A stretch of DNA of 64,000 nucleotides, taken from Eledone cirrhosa. Its lineage: Eukaryota. The notes beneath the pieces are model-generated. The model was not told the origin of the DNA, did no database searches, and saw only the letters and a program-made list of their open reading frames with translations. The stretch is taken from NCBI GenBank assembly GCA_964016885.1, contig OZ024740.1:126542001-126606000 (forward strand), in the 5' to 3' direction. Shown piece by piece: positions 13,523 through 27,513 of this stretch (positions are counted from its first letter, which is position 1; each line of letters starts with the position of its first letter). The position numbers and the translations under genes are program-made.

Positions 13523-15571
13523 ATGATATATAATGGTTTACGCTTTCAATTATGCATAAAATTAAAATTATTTAATGAAGTTAATCTGTATTTTAATTGT
13601 GTCGGAAATATCCGTAAAATATGAATAGAACAAATATGTATGCATAACCAAATATATGTAAAAGAAATCATTTGAAATATAACAAAAAAATTAACTGATC
13701 CGTCCATACAAATGGATCCTCTTTGCTTCATTGATTCTTAGATTGGAAAATTTATTTTTGTAAGCATGCAAATTTACATTTAGAAATTTAATCCACTAAT
13801 TTGAAAAATGCAACTATATATGGAGAAGTATTATGCAAGCACTAGTCAAGTGGCCTATTGAGTGTGGTTTGTTCTTCCATTAATTATCTTATTGTATAAA
13901 CGTGTATATACGAGATAACTTTTCACTAACAGCCAATTTACTAAGCAGTGATCTTGGCGGCATGCAAAAGCTAACCGGTGTCACTTTTCAATCAGTTTCC
14001 GAGGTTGCTTTGTTCCGTAGTGGCAGTTTAAAGTCGATGGAGTTCTCCCTGTGGCAGGAGCAGAGCCAATTATTTCTCATTTTGTACAATGGGCGACTGA
14101 TTATACTTGACATTGTTTAACACATTGATTCAAAGATTGGCATCGTTCCCAGTCCCCCGAGTAGAGAATTTCATTCGGATATTTGATCGTTAAGTAGTTT
14201 TGTATGACTTAGGTACTTCTATTGGTATGTCTTTTAATTTTCTTTTATTATTTTGTTTTTGTCTTTCATTTTATATATTCATGTCACGAACACAGAGAAA
14301 AGTCTTGGAAAACATATTGTTTTGTAAATTATTCTATTTTTGAACTTTCTACTTATACATTCTTCTGTAGCACGAACCTTATATCTAAAATTCATATATG
14401 TCTCCTCACTTGTAGGAAGGTGTGAAGTCAGACAACATCCAATGAGCCAGTTTCCCACTTCTCCCCCACACATTACACACGCACACGCGCGCGCACAGAG
14501 AAAAATATATATATATACACTTGCATAACCACGCAAACACACATATACACATTCATACCGGCAAATATATATAAATATATATTTCAATTTCATATACTCA
14601 ACCACTTGCTTAAAACGTCGGCTCTATTACTTTTACACTCACTCAATCACTTTGCTTTCACCCTATTTGCATAGGTTTCTGATGCGAATATCGATTCCGT
14701 TTAAAACGAAAATTGGATGTGAAAGCTATCGATATGTATGTATTTTTTTATTTAGCCAAAATATTTCACTTTCGTTTGTCTCAAGGTGGCGTAAGATTTC
14801 TTTAATGTGGGCTCTCTCTGCGCTTCAAAATATATAACATATCGTGTTTGATGAATTACAATAATAGTGCTATTAGGTTTTTCTCTTTCAGTAATAATGG
14901 AGAAAGATGAGCATAAAGATAGTTGTGCATTAATGGATATTAGACGAGTTCATGTTGCTCTACAGACAATACATGTACACATTATCGCCGACATTGCGAT
15001 ATCGTATGATAATATATTGAAGAAAACATGGTAGAAATGTTGAAAGCTTAATTAAAAGTCAAAATAATTTAAATAATTTACCATAATATCTGTTTATAAA
15101 TACAATCGGTTAATGTTAAGGATGTCGCTTTAGCAGTTTAATTAACACGAAATTTCTTTCTACCTACAGATCTTTACCAAAATAAATTTAGCTTATTTGA
15201 CACGAAATAGTTATCTATTGTTGGCGCATAACTGTTCATGCAAATTATATATATACATATATAAACACACCCACACATACACACGCACACACACAAATAT
15301 ATATATATATATATTAAATAATGAAAAAAAGTGATGACGAAATATAGATAATTCATTTGCTTCATAATCTGCTTTAATGCGTATTTCTGTGGTGTTAATA
15401 ATTGCATCATGCTGCCATCAAGCAGTTACCAACATGAAGTCCTCAGACCACTTCTTAAGTAATAAGGTTTCTCTGCAATATTTATTATTCAACATAGGCT
15501 ATGGACAAGGGATATTACTTATAGTCCATGATGCTCTTACAAGAGTCCACCCTTATTACGTAAGCTGCTTG

Positions 15572-15644
<73 letters not shown>

Positions 15645-15769
15645 TATAGGTGCATCGCATGCAGTGAAATGATATACATCTACTTTACGTCACGAATATT
15701 TCAGCTGGCATCTGAAACTGACTACCTGCTTATTTGATTCTATTTTCTATATATATATTGAAGATATCC

Positions 15770-15872
15770 CTCCGAGGTTGACTTTGCCTTTCATCCTTAC
15801 GGGGTCGATAAAATAAAGTACCAGTAATGCACTGGGTATTTGCTGGCCTTCTACTTAAAGTAGAAACAATTA
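15770..15872 (+). mobile_element. SINE 3' part (octopus-type)
   Basis: CCGAGGTTGACTTTGCCTTTCATCCTTACGGGGTCGATAAAATAAAGTACCAGT, recurring at about 23197, 40500, 44795 and 50705. Confidence 0.75.
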
Positions 15873-16827
15873 TTAAGATCTCTTACTGTATAAAATTTTA
15901 AATTAGAAAGTGCGACTTTCTGAAAATAATATCTGCTTCTTATTTTCAAGGTAAACATTAAATTGAAATTATCTACCATTAACCTAATTAAGCTTGCCCA
16001 CTCTTTTCTATACACCAATCTACATAACGCGGAAAAGGCTTGGGAAATTCATCGATGATTTCATGTTGAGGAAGTAAATGAAATCTGTATTATCTAGGAG
16101 CACTATATATTATAGTAAAAATGTGAATTACATACAAGCACCTCATATACTTATGTAACTAAAGCTATCTGTTCTAAGTTATTTAGAAAGGAATCCAAGT
16201 AAAATCCGTTAATACACACCATGATATGATTATATTATGTCTCAGACGCTGATAATTATTGCAAATAGTTGATATTATGAAGCTGAATTGTAGGAGCAAT
16301 CCTGCGTTTGCACCAAATTAGAGTAAGAAACCTTTCGAAAATGGAAGAATCAGTGTTTATATTCCGTATGCTATCCATACGGAGAGATTGAATTTGAATA
16401 TATCCAGTCGTTTAGAACACATATTTTGGTGGATAGCGATGTAATTGCTATCTCTGAGAATTCTATAGATATGATGCCTCATACATATATATAGAGAATT
16501 CTATAGATATGATGCCTCATATATATATATGAGGTTTTTTTTTCCAAAATGAAAAATAACCGAGGTGTCCTACACGAGTGAAAGTATAAAGAAAAAAAGA
16601 AGAAATGGAAAATGTAACTGTACATATTTATATATATGTACATTGTACATACACAGATATGTATTTATAACCCAGAGAGAGAGAGAGGGAAAGAGAAAGA
16701 GAATTAGATAGATAGATATCTTTCTTTATTTGCCACAGGGGAGTAAAAAAATGGGACATTACAAGACGTGACGGCGTGGGCTTTTCATAAAAATAACTTT
16801 AACATTAAGAAATAACAATGAACTATA

Positions 16828-17838
<1,011 letters not shown>

Positions 17839-17993
17839 AATAAACTATATATAATAAAATAACAATTGAAATCCGCCTTAGGGGGGGGGGCGTTACAGCA
17901 GGGTTGTTTTACACAACGTGGATAGAACAACCCTCATCACCAGGAACACGTTTTGTAGGTGTTCCTGTCTTCCCTCATTTTTTCTTCCTCAAC

Positions 17994-20900
17994 CTACAGG
18001 TTTATATACAGAGAAGGACCATTCAATCGGGTCATTTTTGCCACATTCACCCACCTTTCAGCGAATTTACTGTGGTGTAACACCTCTCTCTCCTCTCTCA
18101 TCTTCCTTCTGAAGTGATACTTAAAGAAGTGGATAAGTTGTTTTCCGGAGAAAAAGGTGTTTGCCCTCAGTCCTTTTAACCTCGTCCAACATATTACCTC
18201 TTTCGCCATAGACACCAGGCAGAGGAAAACCGCCTCTCCCTCGTTCGTAAATGAAGCCGGCGAGGTGATCCCCACGATGGACTCGGCTGACAACTGGATA
18301 CGTCACACACGTGACAGCAGCTGTTCGACATAATTCCACAGGCCGGTCACCCCTGGGCACTGAACAATTGCGTGCAGAACGGTTTCGATGTCCTGATGGC
18401 ATCTTCGACAGCTCCTTTTGGCAGGATCTCTACCAGGGCGTCCGTGCCTGTAGATTTTGTCTCGAACTGGTAGAGCTCCTCGGTAGCACTACCAGGACAG
18501 AGACCTCTAGAAGTTATCCATAGGGACTGGACGGAAAGTCCTGCCGAACAGACTGGTCAGTCGTCCTCCTCGATACCTAGTGTTTCCCGCAGAACATCGT
18601 CGCACTTATCCTACACTAATTTCCCGGAGAATGTCGAAGTGGAGTCTCCACTGATTGCCGTTTCCGCTTGGAAGAGGGCTGTGAGCGCCTGTAGGCACTC
18701 GAGGTACCAGGCACCCATTTTCGGTCTTCGCTTGACCCAGGACTGCAGCTCTGTTAGTGAGACGAGTTGTGGAAGAGTTTGTCTCAGAAACGACAGCCAC
18801 ACCTATTCACCGGTCAGGAATACCTGGAGATGGCGTAGCCTCAGCCCATGTTTGCGCATCATCAGCCACGGCATACCCAGCCCTCCGTTAGAAGGGTGTT
18901 GACAGCAGATGGATCTCCTCACCAATGGAGCTTGTTTCTTCCAGAGGAACTTGAAAATTAGGCGTTCCATTTTGATAAGGTATTCGCCGGGGTAAGGCAC
19001 GACTGTAAAGCGGTAGTAGATGACGGACGCTATGTAAGTGTTCACCACCTCCACTCGACCTTTCAAGGATTGTTTGCACTCGGCCCACTTCTGGGTCAGT
19101 GCAAACACCTTCGACGTGACCTTGTTCCAGTTCTTGTCCACCTGGAGGTCTGCACCGAACCGGAACCCGAGCAATTTCACCAGTCCTTCCGTCCAGCGTC
19201 CGACGACAATGTCTGAAGGCATGGGTTTGCCTCTCCATGTGCCGAGTTGCAAACCGACAGACTTGTTAGGGTTTACTCTTGCACCTGTTAACGTTTCGTA
19301 TTCCTGTAATAGGTTGCCGATTACCCTGATTTCCGAGGTTTTCGACACTATTACGGTTATGTCGTCGACATAGGCTGATGCTGCTTTCCGCAGTCCTGGT
19401 TCGATCGGGATGCCCTGCAACAACTCCAATTTCCACAGTAACGGCTCGAGAGTCAGTACATACAGAATGGGGGAGAGAGAGCATCCCTGACGGATGGAAC
19501 CCATGATTTGGAATGGCTCTGGTAGGTAGCCATTCACCTTGACTGCCGAGCAGATGCTGGTGTGCATGGCAGTGAACCAGCCTCTGAAGATGGGACCGAA
19601 GCCGGCCGCCTTGAGAACTGCTTCCAAGTATTGATGGTCGACCCTATCAAATGCCTTAGACTTATCTACCCTCTCTATGATGTATCGCATGAGGTGAAGG
19701 TTGTCGTGTATGGACCTGGTCGGGATTACACACGTTTGGGCTTCCTCTACCAGGTTCTCGACGAAAAGCGCCAGCCTTGCTGCTAACACCTTGGCCAAAA
19801 TCTTTAACTCTGTGTTGAGCAGAGTTATGGGCCTGAAATTGCTTATCTCATCCCCCTTGTTTTCATCTTTCCTGATCAGCGTTACTACGCCTCTGCCTAC
19901 AGAACTGGGAATCCTACCGTTCTGCTGCCAGTTACAGTAGACCGCGTCGATGACGCCAAAGAACAAGTCTGGCATGTCTAAGTAAAACTCATAGGGTAGA
20001 CCATCTAAACAGGGTGATTTGCGTTTCCAGCAGCAGCCTAGGGCATCTTCTATTTCGCCCGCTGTGATCGGCCTTTCGAAGCTCTCCGTATCCGTGCTCA
20101 AGTGTCGCGGTACGCCGTCGTGTTAGGAGCTGAAGTCCATCACCTCGCTCGATGTACTGCTTTGCCCGAACAGTTGTGGAAAATGCTGCTGGAAGGCCGC
20201 GCACATCTACTTGGAGTCAAGTGTAATGCGTCCATCTTTGTCTTGCAAAGACCGAATTGTGGATTTGTTACCACTTTTCGCCTCTGCCACTCGGGCCCAA
20301 CTAACAACTTTGGCTCCCTCGTTTCTTAGAGCACGTGTTATACTTCTGACAATACAACCTTCGTGTTTCACGTTGAAGAACTGGTCTAGTGTCGTTCTCG
20401 CCGCTAGCACGTCAGCTGTATTGCCATTCCTAAGTGCCTCTTCTATTTTAGCTACCAGTTTCTTTTCAGTTTTGTTTTTTCTAAAGCTACTTCCTTGCTA
20501 AATTCTATCGATTATATTCTAATTGCTCTCTTGAGAGAGCTCCCTCACCTGTTGTTGATGATCGCCCCCGTCAACTGGCACTTAACTAAGGTGTTAATCC
20601 GTTTACTGTAGGCCTTACGCGCCGGGAGCGACATGTTTAGCTTCCAGTATCCGGGTCCCTGTCCATATGTTCTATCAAGCTTGAATACGCAGGTGACTAA
20701 TTTGTGGTCTGAATAGGCAACCATGTGCATTTGTGGACAGATTAATGTTTCCTTATCATTCTGGCTAATTAAAAATCTATCTAAATACGATCTAGAAGAC
20801 CCAGTGCGGTTGCTCCACGTCCACAGTGGTTCACTTGGGAAGTCTAATCGATATATATCAGCCAGTTGGAATTGGCTGATGAGATTTCTGAGGCTATTAC

Positions 20901-21384
20901 ACCCCACTCTATTATTACAAGCTCCTGCATATTCCCAACGTGCGTCTAATATGCCATTCCAGTTCCCCGCTAACACTAAGGAGCGAGACGGTCCCAGGAA
21001 TGGCTCCAGGCGCTAGAAGAACTCTGGTCGCGATGTCCCAGGCGGGGCATATACGGCCACCAGTCTGAAAGCTCCACCTTCACTACCATTCACGTCCAGT
21101 ACCACCAGGCTGCCCTCCGGGTCCAAGTGAATCGTCTGTATTTTGAGATCCAAGTTTTTTCGAAACAGAACAGCAACTCCCCCTCTACCTCCTGGCTCAC
21201 AGAGAGATGCGTAGATCTCAAAATCATCGAACATGGGGGTTAGATGCTGCTTGTCGTGAATTCTGGGCTCGGTGATGGCTATCACATTTATACAATGTGA
21301 CCTGAGATCATTTAAAAGGTGGCCCTGTTTTCAGGACATGCCCCAGTCACGTACATTCAAACATCTAGCTTGTATAGTCGCCAT
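17994..21384 (-). pseudogene. Tx1/L1 ORF2 (APE endonuclease, RT, C-terminal CCHC region), frameshifted
   Basis: APE motifs: CLNVR, IAITEP, LVAVYAP, LAGNWNG, SRSYLDRF, SDHK. RT motifs: KSPCLDGLPYEFY, NFRPITLLNTELKILAK, KAFDRVDH, IRQGCSLSP, YVDD, GGLG. Confidence 0.9.
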
Positions 21385-21399
21385 GTTGGTAAAGAAGAG

Positions 21400-22910
21400 T
21401 TAAGAAGAGACAAGGCAGGAACACATACCTTTCGTTTCCTGGAGGTCGGGTTGTTCGATCTCCATGTCCAGATTGGTGGTGTTTGGGAAGGGAGGGAATC
21501 TTTTTAGCAGGACACGGTTAAGGGTTTTTTGGCAAGGGGGCCCCACATCTTGTGGGAAGTTCTCTTTTAAAGTTTCATACTTTAGGGTTGTTACCCTGAT
21601 AAGTTTGAGGTTTGGGGGTGAGTCGTTGTTGGGGAAGGTTTTCCCTTCCGTTTGTATTGTGGGGTCCTTTCTGACAGTTTCCACCAGTTCTTTGCTTCTT
21701 CCTTTTATGTATGTGTAGTGTGTTTTGTTTTTTTATGTGTACTGTTTCTGTTTGTAGTTTTCTTTTCGTGGTTGGGCTTTGTGATTGTGGTGGTGTGGGT
21801 GTTCGTTTTATTGGTGAAGTGTCTGGTTGTGTTGGCGGTGATTGTGTTGTTGGTATGTTTGTCGTTTGTGGCGGTGTGTTTATGGTGGGGTTGGGTGTGT
21901 GCGTGTTTTCTGTAGATGTTTTTGTGTCTTTTTTGTATCTTTTTTTGTTTTTTGGATTTTTGGGGTTCCTCTTCATTCTCACTTGGAGATGTAGAGGTCC
22001 CCGTATCTGAGAATCAGGGGTAGATGGGAGGGGTATGTTGTGTGGTTGATTGTTTGTGCAGGTGTTTGTGGAAGTATTTGACAGGGGGGAAGAGGCAATG
22101 GAGGGTTTTTCAGTGGCATTTTGTGTGTGTAGTTGTCTCTGGTCTGTGGTGGTGTGGGAGTGGATGTTGCAGGTGTTTGTGTTGTGTTTGGTTTGGAGTG
22201 TTGATGTTGGGGTTTTGGTGTTGGTAATAACACCTTGTTTGTCCTCGGTTTGTTTAAGAGAGGGCAAAGGGCCGTTAAGTGTGTGGTTTTCCCACACTTA
22301 TGGCACTGAGGTCTTTCCCCCTCCACTAAAATGGAGATGCATCTTCCTCGAGGACGATCTTGTCTGCTATTTTATCAACTCTCTCTGGCCTCATTTGTTC
22401 CAGAAACTCTATGCAGGTTCCAAACCAGTTATGCCGGTCTGTCCCGTCTACAGATAGGAGGGTGTCCTCATCCTTCTTCAGGATGCAGCGTAGGATCCAC
22501 CATATGTTGACCTCTGCTGGGATCCTGGTTATTTTTATTTTGTAAGATCTTCTTCCCATGTATGTGGGGAAGATGTGTTGATCCCTTTTTATTGGGTGAA
22601 CCGAGTGTTTTTGTGCCAGAGTTTCGCTCTTAAAGAGCACTGACATACTTCCATACTGTTTACCTCTTTGGAGGTATGCCACGTCTGGCTTGATGTCTTT
22701 TGGTGCAGCTTCAACAGTGCTTGTTGGGAGCGTTATGGGTTTTTTGGTAGTGATGTCAATTGTTCTATAAATTAGTTTCTTTTTCTGTGTCATTTCTCTT
22801 ACTTGTGGGGGTATGCGTATGTCTGGGGTGTCTCCCTCAAACGTCACATAGTTGGAAGCTTCTTCCAAATATTGGGACTTTTGGGAAATGTCCATGGAGT
22901 AGCATTTCAA
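21400..22910 (-). pseudogene. Tx1/L1 ORF1 (zinc knuckle plus T/P-rich tail), frameshifted
   Basis: CHKCGKTTHLTALC (CX2CX4HX4C) lies upstream of ORF2, followed by a low-complexity C-terminal region. Confidence 0.75.
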
Positions 22911-23196
22911 ATCCTGTTGCTTAACAACTGTTGCTGCAAATGAAATGTTGTTATTGTTGTTGTTGGTGGTGATGATGGTCTAATTCGTTGTGTTGCCACT
23001 GATTCCTTTTGTTGTGTTGTTGTTCTCATTTATTGTGTTGTTGTTGTTGGTTGTGGTGGTGTTAGTGTTTGCTACACATACTTCCTTCTGTGTGTGGATA
23101 CATGTGACGTTTGTGACGTCAGGCGTGTTCAGTTGCTTACAAGCAGCTGAAGCTTGTTACACTTCTATGTAAGGCGATAATTGTTGAGGCGATAAT

Positions 23197-23301
23197 TGTT
23201 TCTACTTTAGGCCAGCAATTACTCAGTTCATTACTGGTACTTTATTTTATCGACCGCGTAAGGATGAAAGGCAAAGTAAACCTCGGCGGGATTTGAACTC
23301 A
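23197..23301 (-). mobile_element. 5'-truncated SINE with 15-bp TSD
   Basis: TGTTGAGGCGATAAT at 23182-23196 and 23303-23317 flanks the SINE core. Confidence 0.8.
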
Positions 23302-23689
23302 ATGTTGAGGCGATAATGTTGGCATTCCTTTGTTCATGTCTGTACTACCTGCTGGTCAAGTAGGCATGGCTTTCCCTTCCCATCTTCTTGTTTTGAGAAA
23401 AAAGTAGGTCCCTTTGCTTCAGCCATTTTAAAAAAATTGAAGTGTTTTGCAAACATTTTTTCGAAAATATTTTGGATGTTTTTGCCCTGAGGGGCACGAT
23501 ATTTTGGGAGACTGACCAGAACAAAATTTGATCTGTCAGTCCCTCTACAAATTGGTATAAATATAAAAGTTCAGAATGACGAATTTCTAAAGAAATTTAA
23601 ACAAAACTTACCGAGCAGGTTTAACACATGTTGCCATCCCAGAAGAAGAATATAGATAGATAAATTTATTTAGATAGATAGATAGATAA

Positions 23690-25070
23690 ATATCTTTCTT
23701 TATTTGCCACATGGGCGTACAAAAATGGGACATTACAAGACATGACGGCGGGGGTTTTACATAAAAATAACTTTAACATTAATAAATAACAATAAAGTAT
23801 ATATAATAAAATAACAATTGAAATCCCCAATAGGGGGGAACGTTACTGCAGGGTTGTTTTACACAACGTGGATAGAACAACCCTCAGCACCAGGAACACG
23901 TTTTGTAGGTGTTCCTGTCTTCCCTCTGTTTATCTTCCTCAACCTACAGGTTTATATACAGAGAAGGCCCATTCACTCGGGCCATTTTTGCCACATTCAC
24001 CCACCTTTAAGCGAATTTACTGGGGTGTAGCACCTCTCCCTCCACTCTCACCTTCCTTCTGAAGTGATACTTGAAGAAGGGGATAAGTTGTTTTCCGGAG
24101 AGAAAAGTGTTTGCCCTCAGTCCTTTTAACCTCATTCACCATATTACCTCTTTCGTCATAGCCACCAGACTGAGGAAAACCGCCTCTCCTTCGTTCTTAA
24201 ATGAAGGCGAGGTGATCCCCACGATGGACTCGGCTGAGAACTGGATGCGTCTCACACGTGACAGCCGCAGTTCGACATAATTCCATAGGTCCGTCACCCC
24301 TAGGCACTTAACAATTGTGTGAAGGACGGTTTCGATGTCCTTTTCGCATCTTGGACAGGTCCTTTTGACAGGATCTCTGTCAGGGCGTCCGTGCCTGTAG
24401 ATTTTGTCTCGCACTGGTAGAGCTCCTCGGTAGCACAACCAGACCAGAGACCTCTGGAAGTTATCCATAGACCCTGGACGGAAAGTCCTCTCGAAGAGAC
24501 AGGTCAGTTCGTCCTCCTCGATGCCTAGCGTTTCCCGCAGAACATCGTCGCACTTATCCTCCACTAATCCCCTGTAGAATGTCATCCCATATAGAATGTT
24601 GAAGTAGAGTCTCCGCTGATTGCCGTTTCCGCTTGGTAGAGGGCTGTGAGCGCCTGTAGGCACTCGAGGTGCCAGGCACCAATTTTCGGACTTCGCTTGA
24701 CCCAGGACTGCAGCTCTGTTAGTGAGACCAGTTGTGGAAGAGCTTGCACAGAAACGACAGTTTCACCGGTCAGGAATACCTGGAGATGGCGTAGCCTCAG
24801 CGCATGTTTGCGCATCATTTGCGCATGATTAGCAATGGCTCTGATAGGTAGCCATTCACCTTGACTGCCGAGCAGCGATCCAGCCTCTGGTAGCGATCCA
24901 GCCTCTGAAGACGGGCCCGAAGCCGGCCGCCTTGAGAACTGCTTCCAAGTATTTATGGTCGACCCTATTAAATGCCTTAGACTGATCTAAATATATCAGA
25001 GCCCCACCAAAGCCATGTTTACACCCTACCCTCTCTATGATGTATCGCATGATGTGGAGGTTGTCCTATG
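23690..25070 (-). mobile_element. Second Tx1/L1 copy, 5'-truncated and internally deleted
   Basis: Aligns to copy 1 (3' UTR, CPRC...ETVLH zinc finger, LDQSKAFNRVDH). Jumps about 700 bp at about 24825. GATA repeats on both sides. Confidence 0.9.
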
Positions 25071-25300
25071 GATAGATAGATAGCTAGCTAGCGAGATAGA
25101 TAGATAATTAGACATGGTTATATGCATTCATGCATATGTGATGATATATAATGTACCGGCTTCTCTAATGATAGTCTTAAATTCAAATGAAATATTTACA
25201 TACATGTTATAAGATATAATAAACTATGACGACCATGCTTGTAGGTACCTAACCATGTATAGTTGTACGCAGGAAAAATATATATATGTGTGTGTGTGTA

Positions 25301-25335
<35 letters not shown>

Positions 25336-25395
25336 ATATATACACACACACAGAGACACACACATATAAATATATATTGATACAATTTTTTATAA

Positions 25396-25428
<33 letters not shown>

Positions 25429-25431
<3 letters not shown>

Positions 25432-25632
25432 CGAAGGACATGTGGTAAGGAACCAGATGGACCATAACGCACCGAAGTACTCAATACTTAGGGTAGTAGA
25501 GTGGGTAATAGGAACGAGTAGGACCCCGACGGCTGAGCTCAAGCCGTTTCGACGGAAAATTCTGGACTAAAATTTTAGTCCAGAATTAGCCGTCGAAACG
25601 GCTTGAGCTCAGCCGTCGGGGTCCTACTCGTT

Positions 25633-25637
<5 letters not shown>
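25429..25637. mobile_element. Family C element containing a 130-bp palindrome (25508-25637)
   Basis: Arms are reverse complements except for 2 nt, with no loop. Each arm carries the 3' half of an HHR-like motif. Confidence 0.7.
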
Positions 25638-25689
<52 letters not shown>

Positions 25690-25990
25690 CCCATACCCTA
25701 AAACTTTACTTTCCTTCGTTTTTAACATTATTCTTTAATAACATCAAATGTTCGGGTACCCATCAATGGCTTGACCTCTTTTCAACCCCAAAGTATTCTT
25801 TTCATGCAAAGTATTCTTTCCATTCAAAACATATGTTATCACACCTCTACCCCTAAATTAAATTTATATTACTACTATTCTATCAACTTGACCAGTAACT
25901 GCTTTTCTATTGGTCAATTCAAAACCTGTTCCCAAACAGACCTTTTATATTAAATCTTTGTTGTTTTTTTTCAATAAACAAATCTCATCA

Positions 25991-26115
25991 TTTCTGAAGA
26001 CAACATGTATATGTGAAGGTATGTATATTTCCTCTGATAGTTTATAATATTTTTACATAGATCTATATGATATACATACCAACACACATATACATCCTAG
26101 AAACGATCGTAACAT
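25991..26115 (+). ncRNA. Hammerhead-like motif with a long (about 100 nt) stem II
   Basis: CTGAAGA...ATGTATATGTG/CACATATACAT and GGTATGTATAT/ATATACATACC helices...GAA-ACGATCGT-A. Stem I is degenerate. Confidence 0.5.
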
Positions 26116-26450
26116 CATGATTTTTTTGATATAAGGAACTTGTTTTTTGTTTTTATTCATTGTTTTTATTAATATATATATATAAACGGAAAAAATGAAA
26201 CGAAATTTCATTTCCCACTCTTAGTACGCTGTTACTTAAATATAAGTATGTACACGTACATACATATATGTATACAGACATACAGTAGTATGTATATATA
26301 TATACATACACGCACACATATATATATATGTACGTATGGATTCACCGAACATTTATTATAATGCTCGGTCTGTTTGTAAACAAACATCCCGTATTAAGCC
26401 GTAGTGTCCAGCAACCATCGTTGCTCGTTTGTTCAACACTGACACAAGGA

Positions 26451-26493
26451 ACTCTGTACTAGTTTCAAGCTTATTAGCTATCGTCAGCAACGT
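26451..26493 (-). ncRNA. Type-I hammerhead ribozyme (family D, unit 1)
   Basis: Reverse complement reads ACGTTG-CTGACGA-T-AGC(TAATAA)GCT-T-GAA-ACTAGT-A-CAGAGT. Confidence 0.75.
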
Positions 26494-26870
26494 ATACCTT
26501 CTTGCCAGATTCTTGAACGTATATAATTACCTTATGCATATTAACGGCTGAGTAGCCCAATTTGCATATCGAGTGGGTTAATCGGCCGGGTGCACCGAAA
26601 ACGATAAACGGAAAAAATGAAACGAAATTTCATTTCCCACTCTTAGTACCGCTGTTACTTAAATATAAGTACGTACACGTACATACATATATGTATACAG
26701 ACATACAGTAGTATGTATATATAAATACACGCACACATATATATATATATGTACGTATGGATTCACCGAACATTTATTATAATGCTCGGTGTGTTTGTAA
26801 ACAAACATCCCGTATTAAGCCGTAGTGTCCAGCAACCATCGTTGCTCGTTTGTTCAACACTGACAAAGGA

Positions 26871-26913
26871 ACGATGTACTAGTTTCAAGCTTATTAGCTA
26901 TCGTCAGCAACGT
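26871..26913 (-). ncRNA. Type-I hammerhead ribozyme (family D, unit 2)
   Basis: Same core exactly 420 bp away; stem I ACGTTG/CATCGT. Confidence 0.75.
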
Positions 26914-27195
26914 ATAGCTTCCTGCCAGATTGTTGAACGCATATACTTACCTTATGCATATTAACGGCTGAGTAGCCCAATTTGCATATCGAGTGAGTTA
27001 ATCGGCCGGGTGCACCGAAAACGATAAACGGAAAAATTGAAACGAAATTTCAATTCCCACTCTTAGTACGGATGTTACTTAAATATAAGTATGCACACGT
27101 ACATACATATATGTATACAGACATACAGTATTATGTATATATATATACATACACGCACACATATATATACGTTCAACAATCTGGCAGGAAGGTAT

Positions 27196-27238
27196 ACGTT
27201 GCTGACGATAACTAATAAGCTTGAAACTAGTACACCGT
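27196..27238 (+). ncRNA. Type-I hammerhead ribozyme (family D, inverted arm)
   Basis: ACGTTG-CTGACGA-TAACTAATAAGCTT-GAA-ACTAGT-A-CACCGT, with one stem II mismatch. Confidence 0.65.
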
Positions 27239-27439
27239 TCCTTTGTCAGTGTTGAACAAACGAGCAACGATGGTTGCTGGACACTACGGCTTAATACGGG
27301 ATGTTTGTTTACAAACACACCGAGCATTATAATAAATGTTCGGTGAATCCATACGTACATATATATATGTGCGTGTATGTATATATATATACATACTACT
27401 ATATGTCTGGATACATATAAGTATGTACGTGTACATACT

Positions 27440-27513
<74 letters not shown>

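Larger units (their letters stand above)
26183..27440 (-). mobile_element. Family D retrozyme-like array: about 2.3 tandem 420-bp units plus an inverted arm
   Basis: Units start at 26183, 26605 and 27025, with the inversion at about 27165. Both ends lie in (TA)n. Confidence 0.8.

Noticed and set aside
16456-16521. Short local tandem duplications (also about 30673-30737, 36071-36123 and 45373-45420)
   Set aside because: Consistent with ordinary replication slippage.
21575-22297. 240-aa T/P-rich ORF as a mucin-like host gene
   Set aside because: It is the low-complexity part of Tx1 ORF1, lying between the zinc knuckle and ORF2.
26183-27440. CRISPR-like or satellite interpretation of the tandem units
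   Set aside because: The units are long and fully homologous with no unique spacers, in a eukaryotic context. The HHRs and inversion fit a retroelement better.
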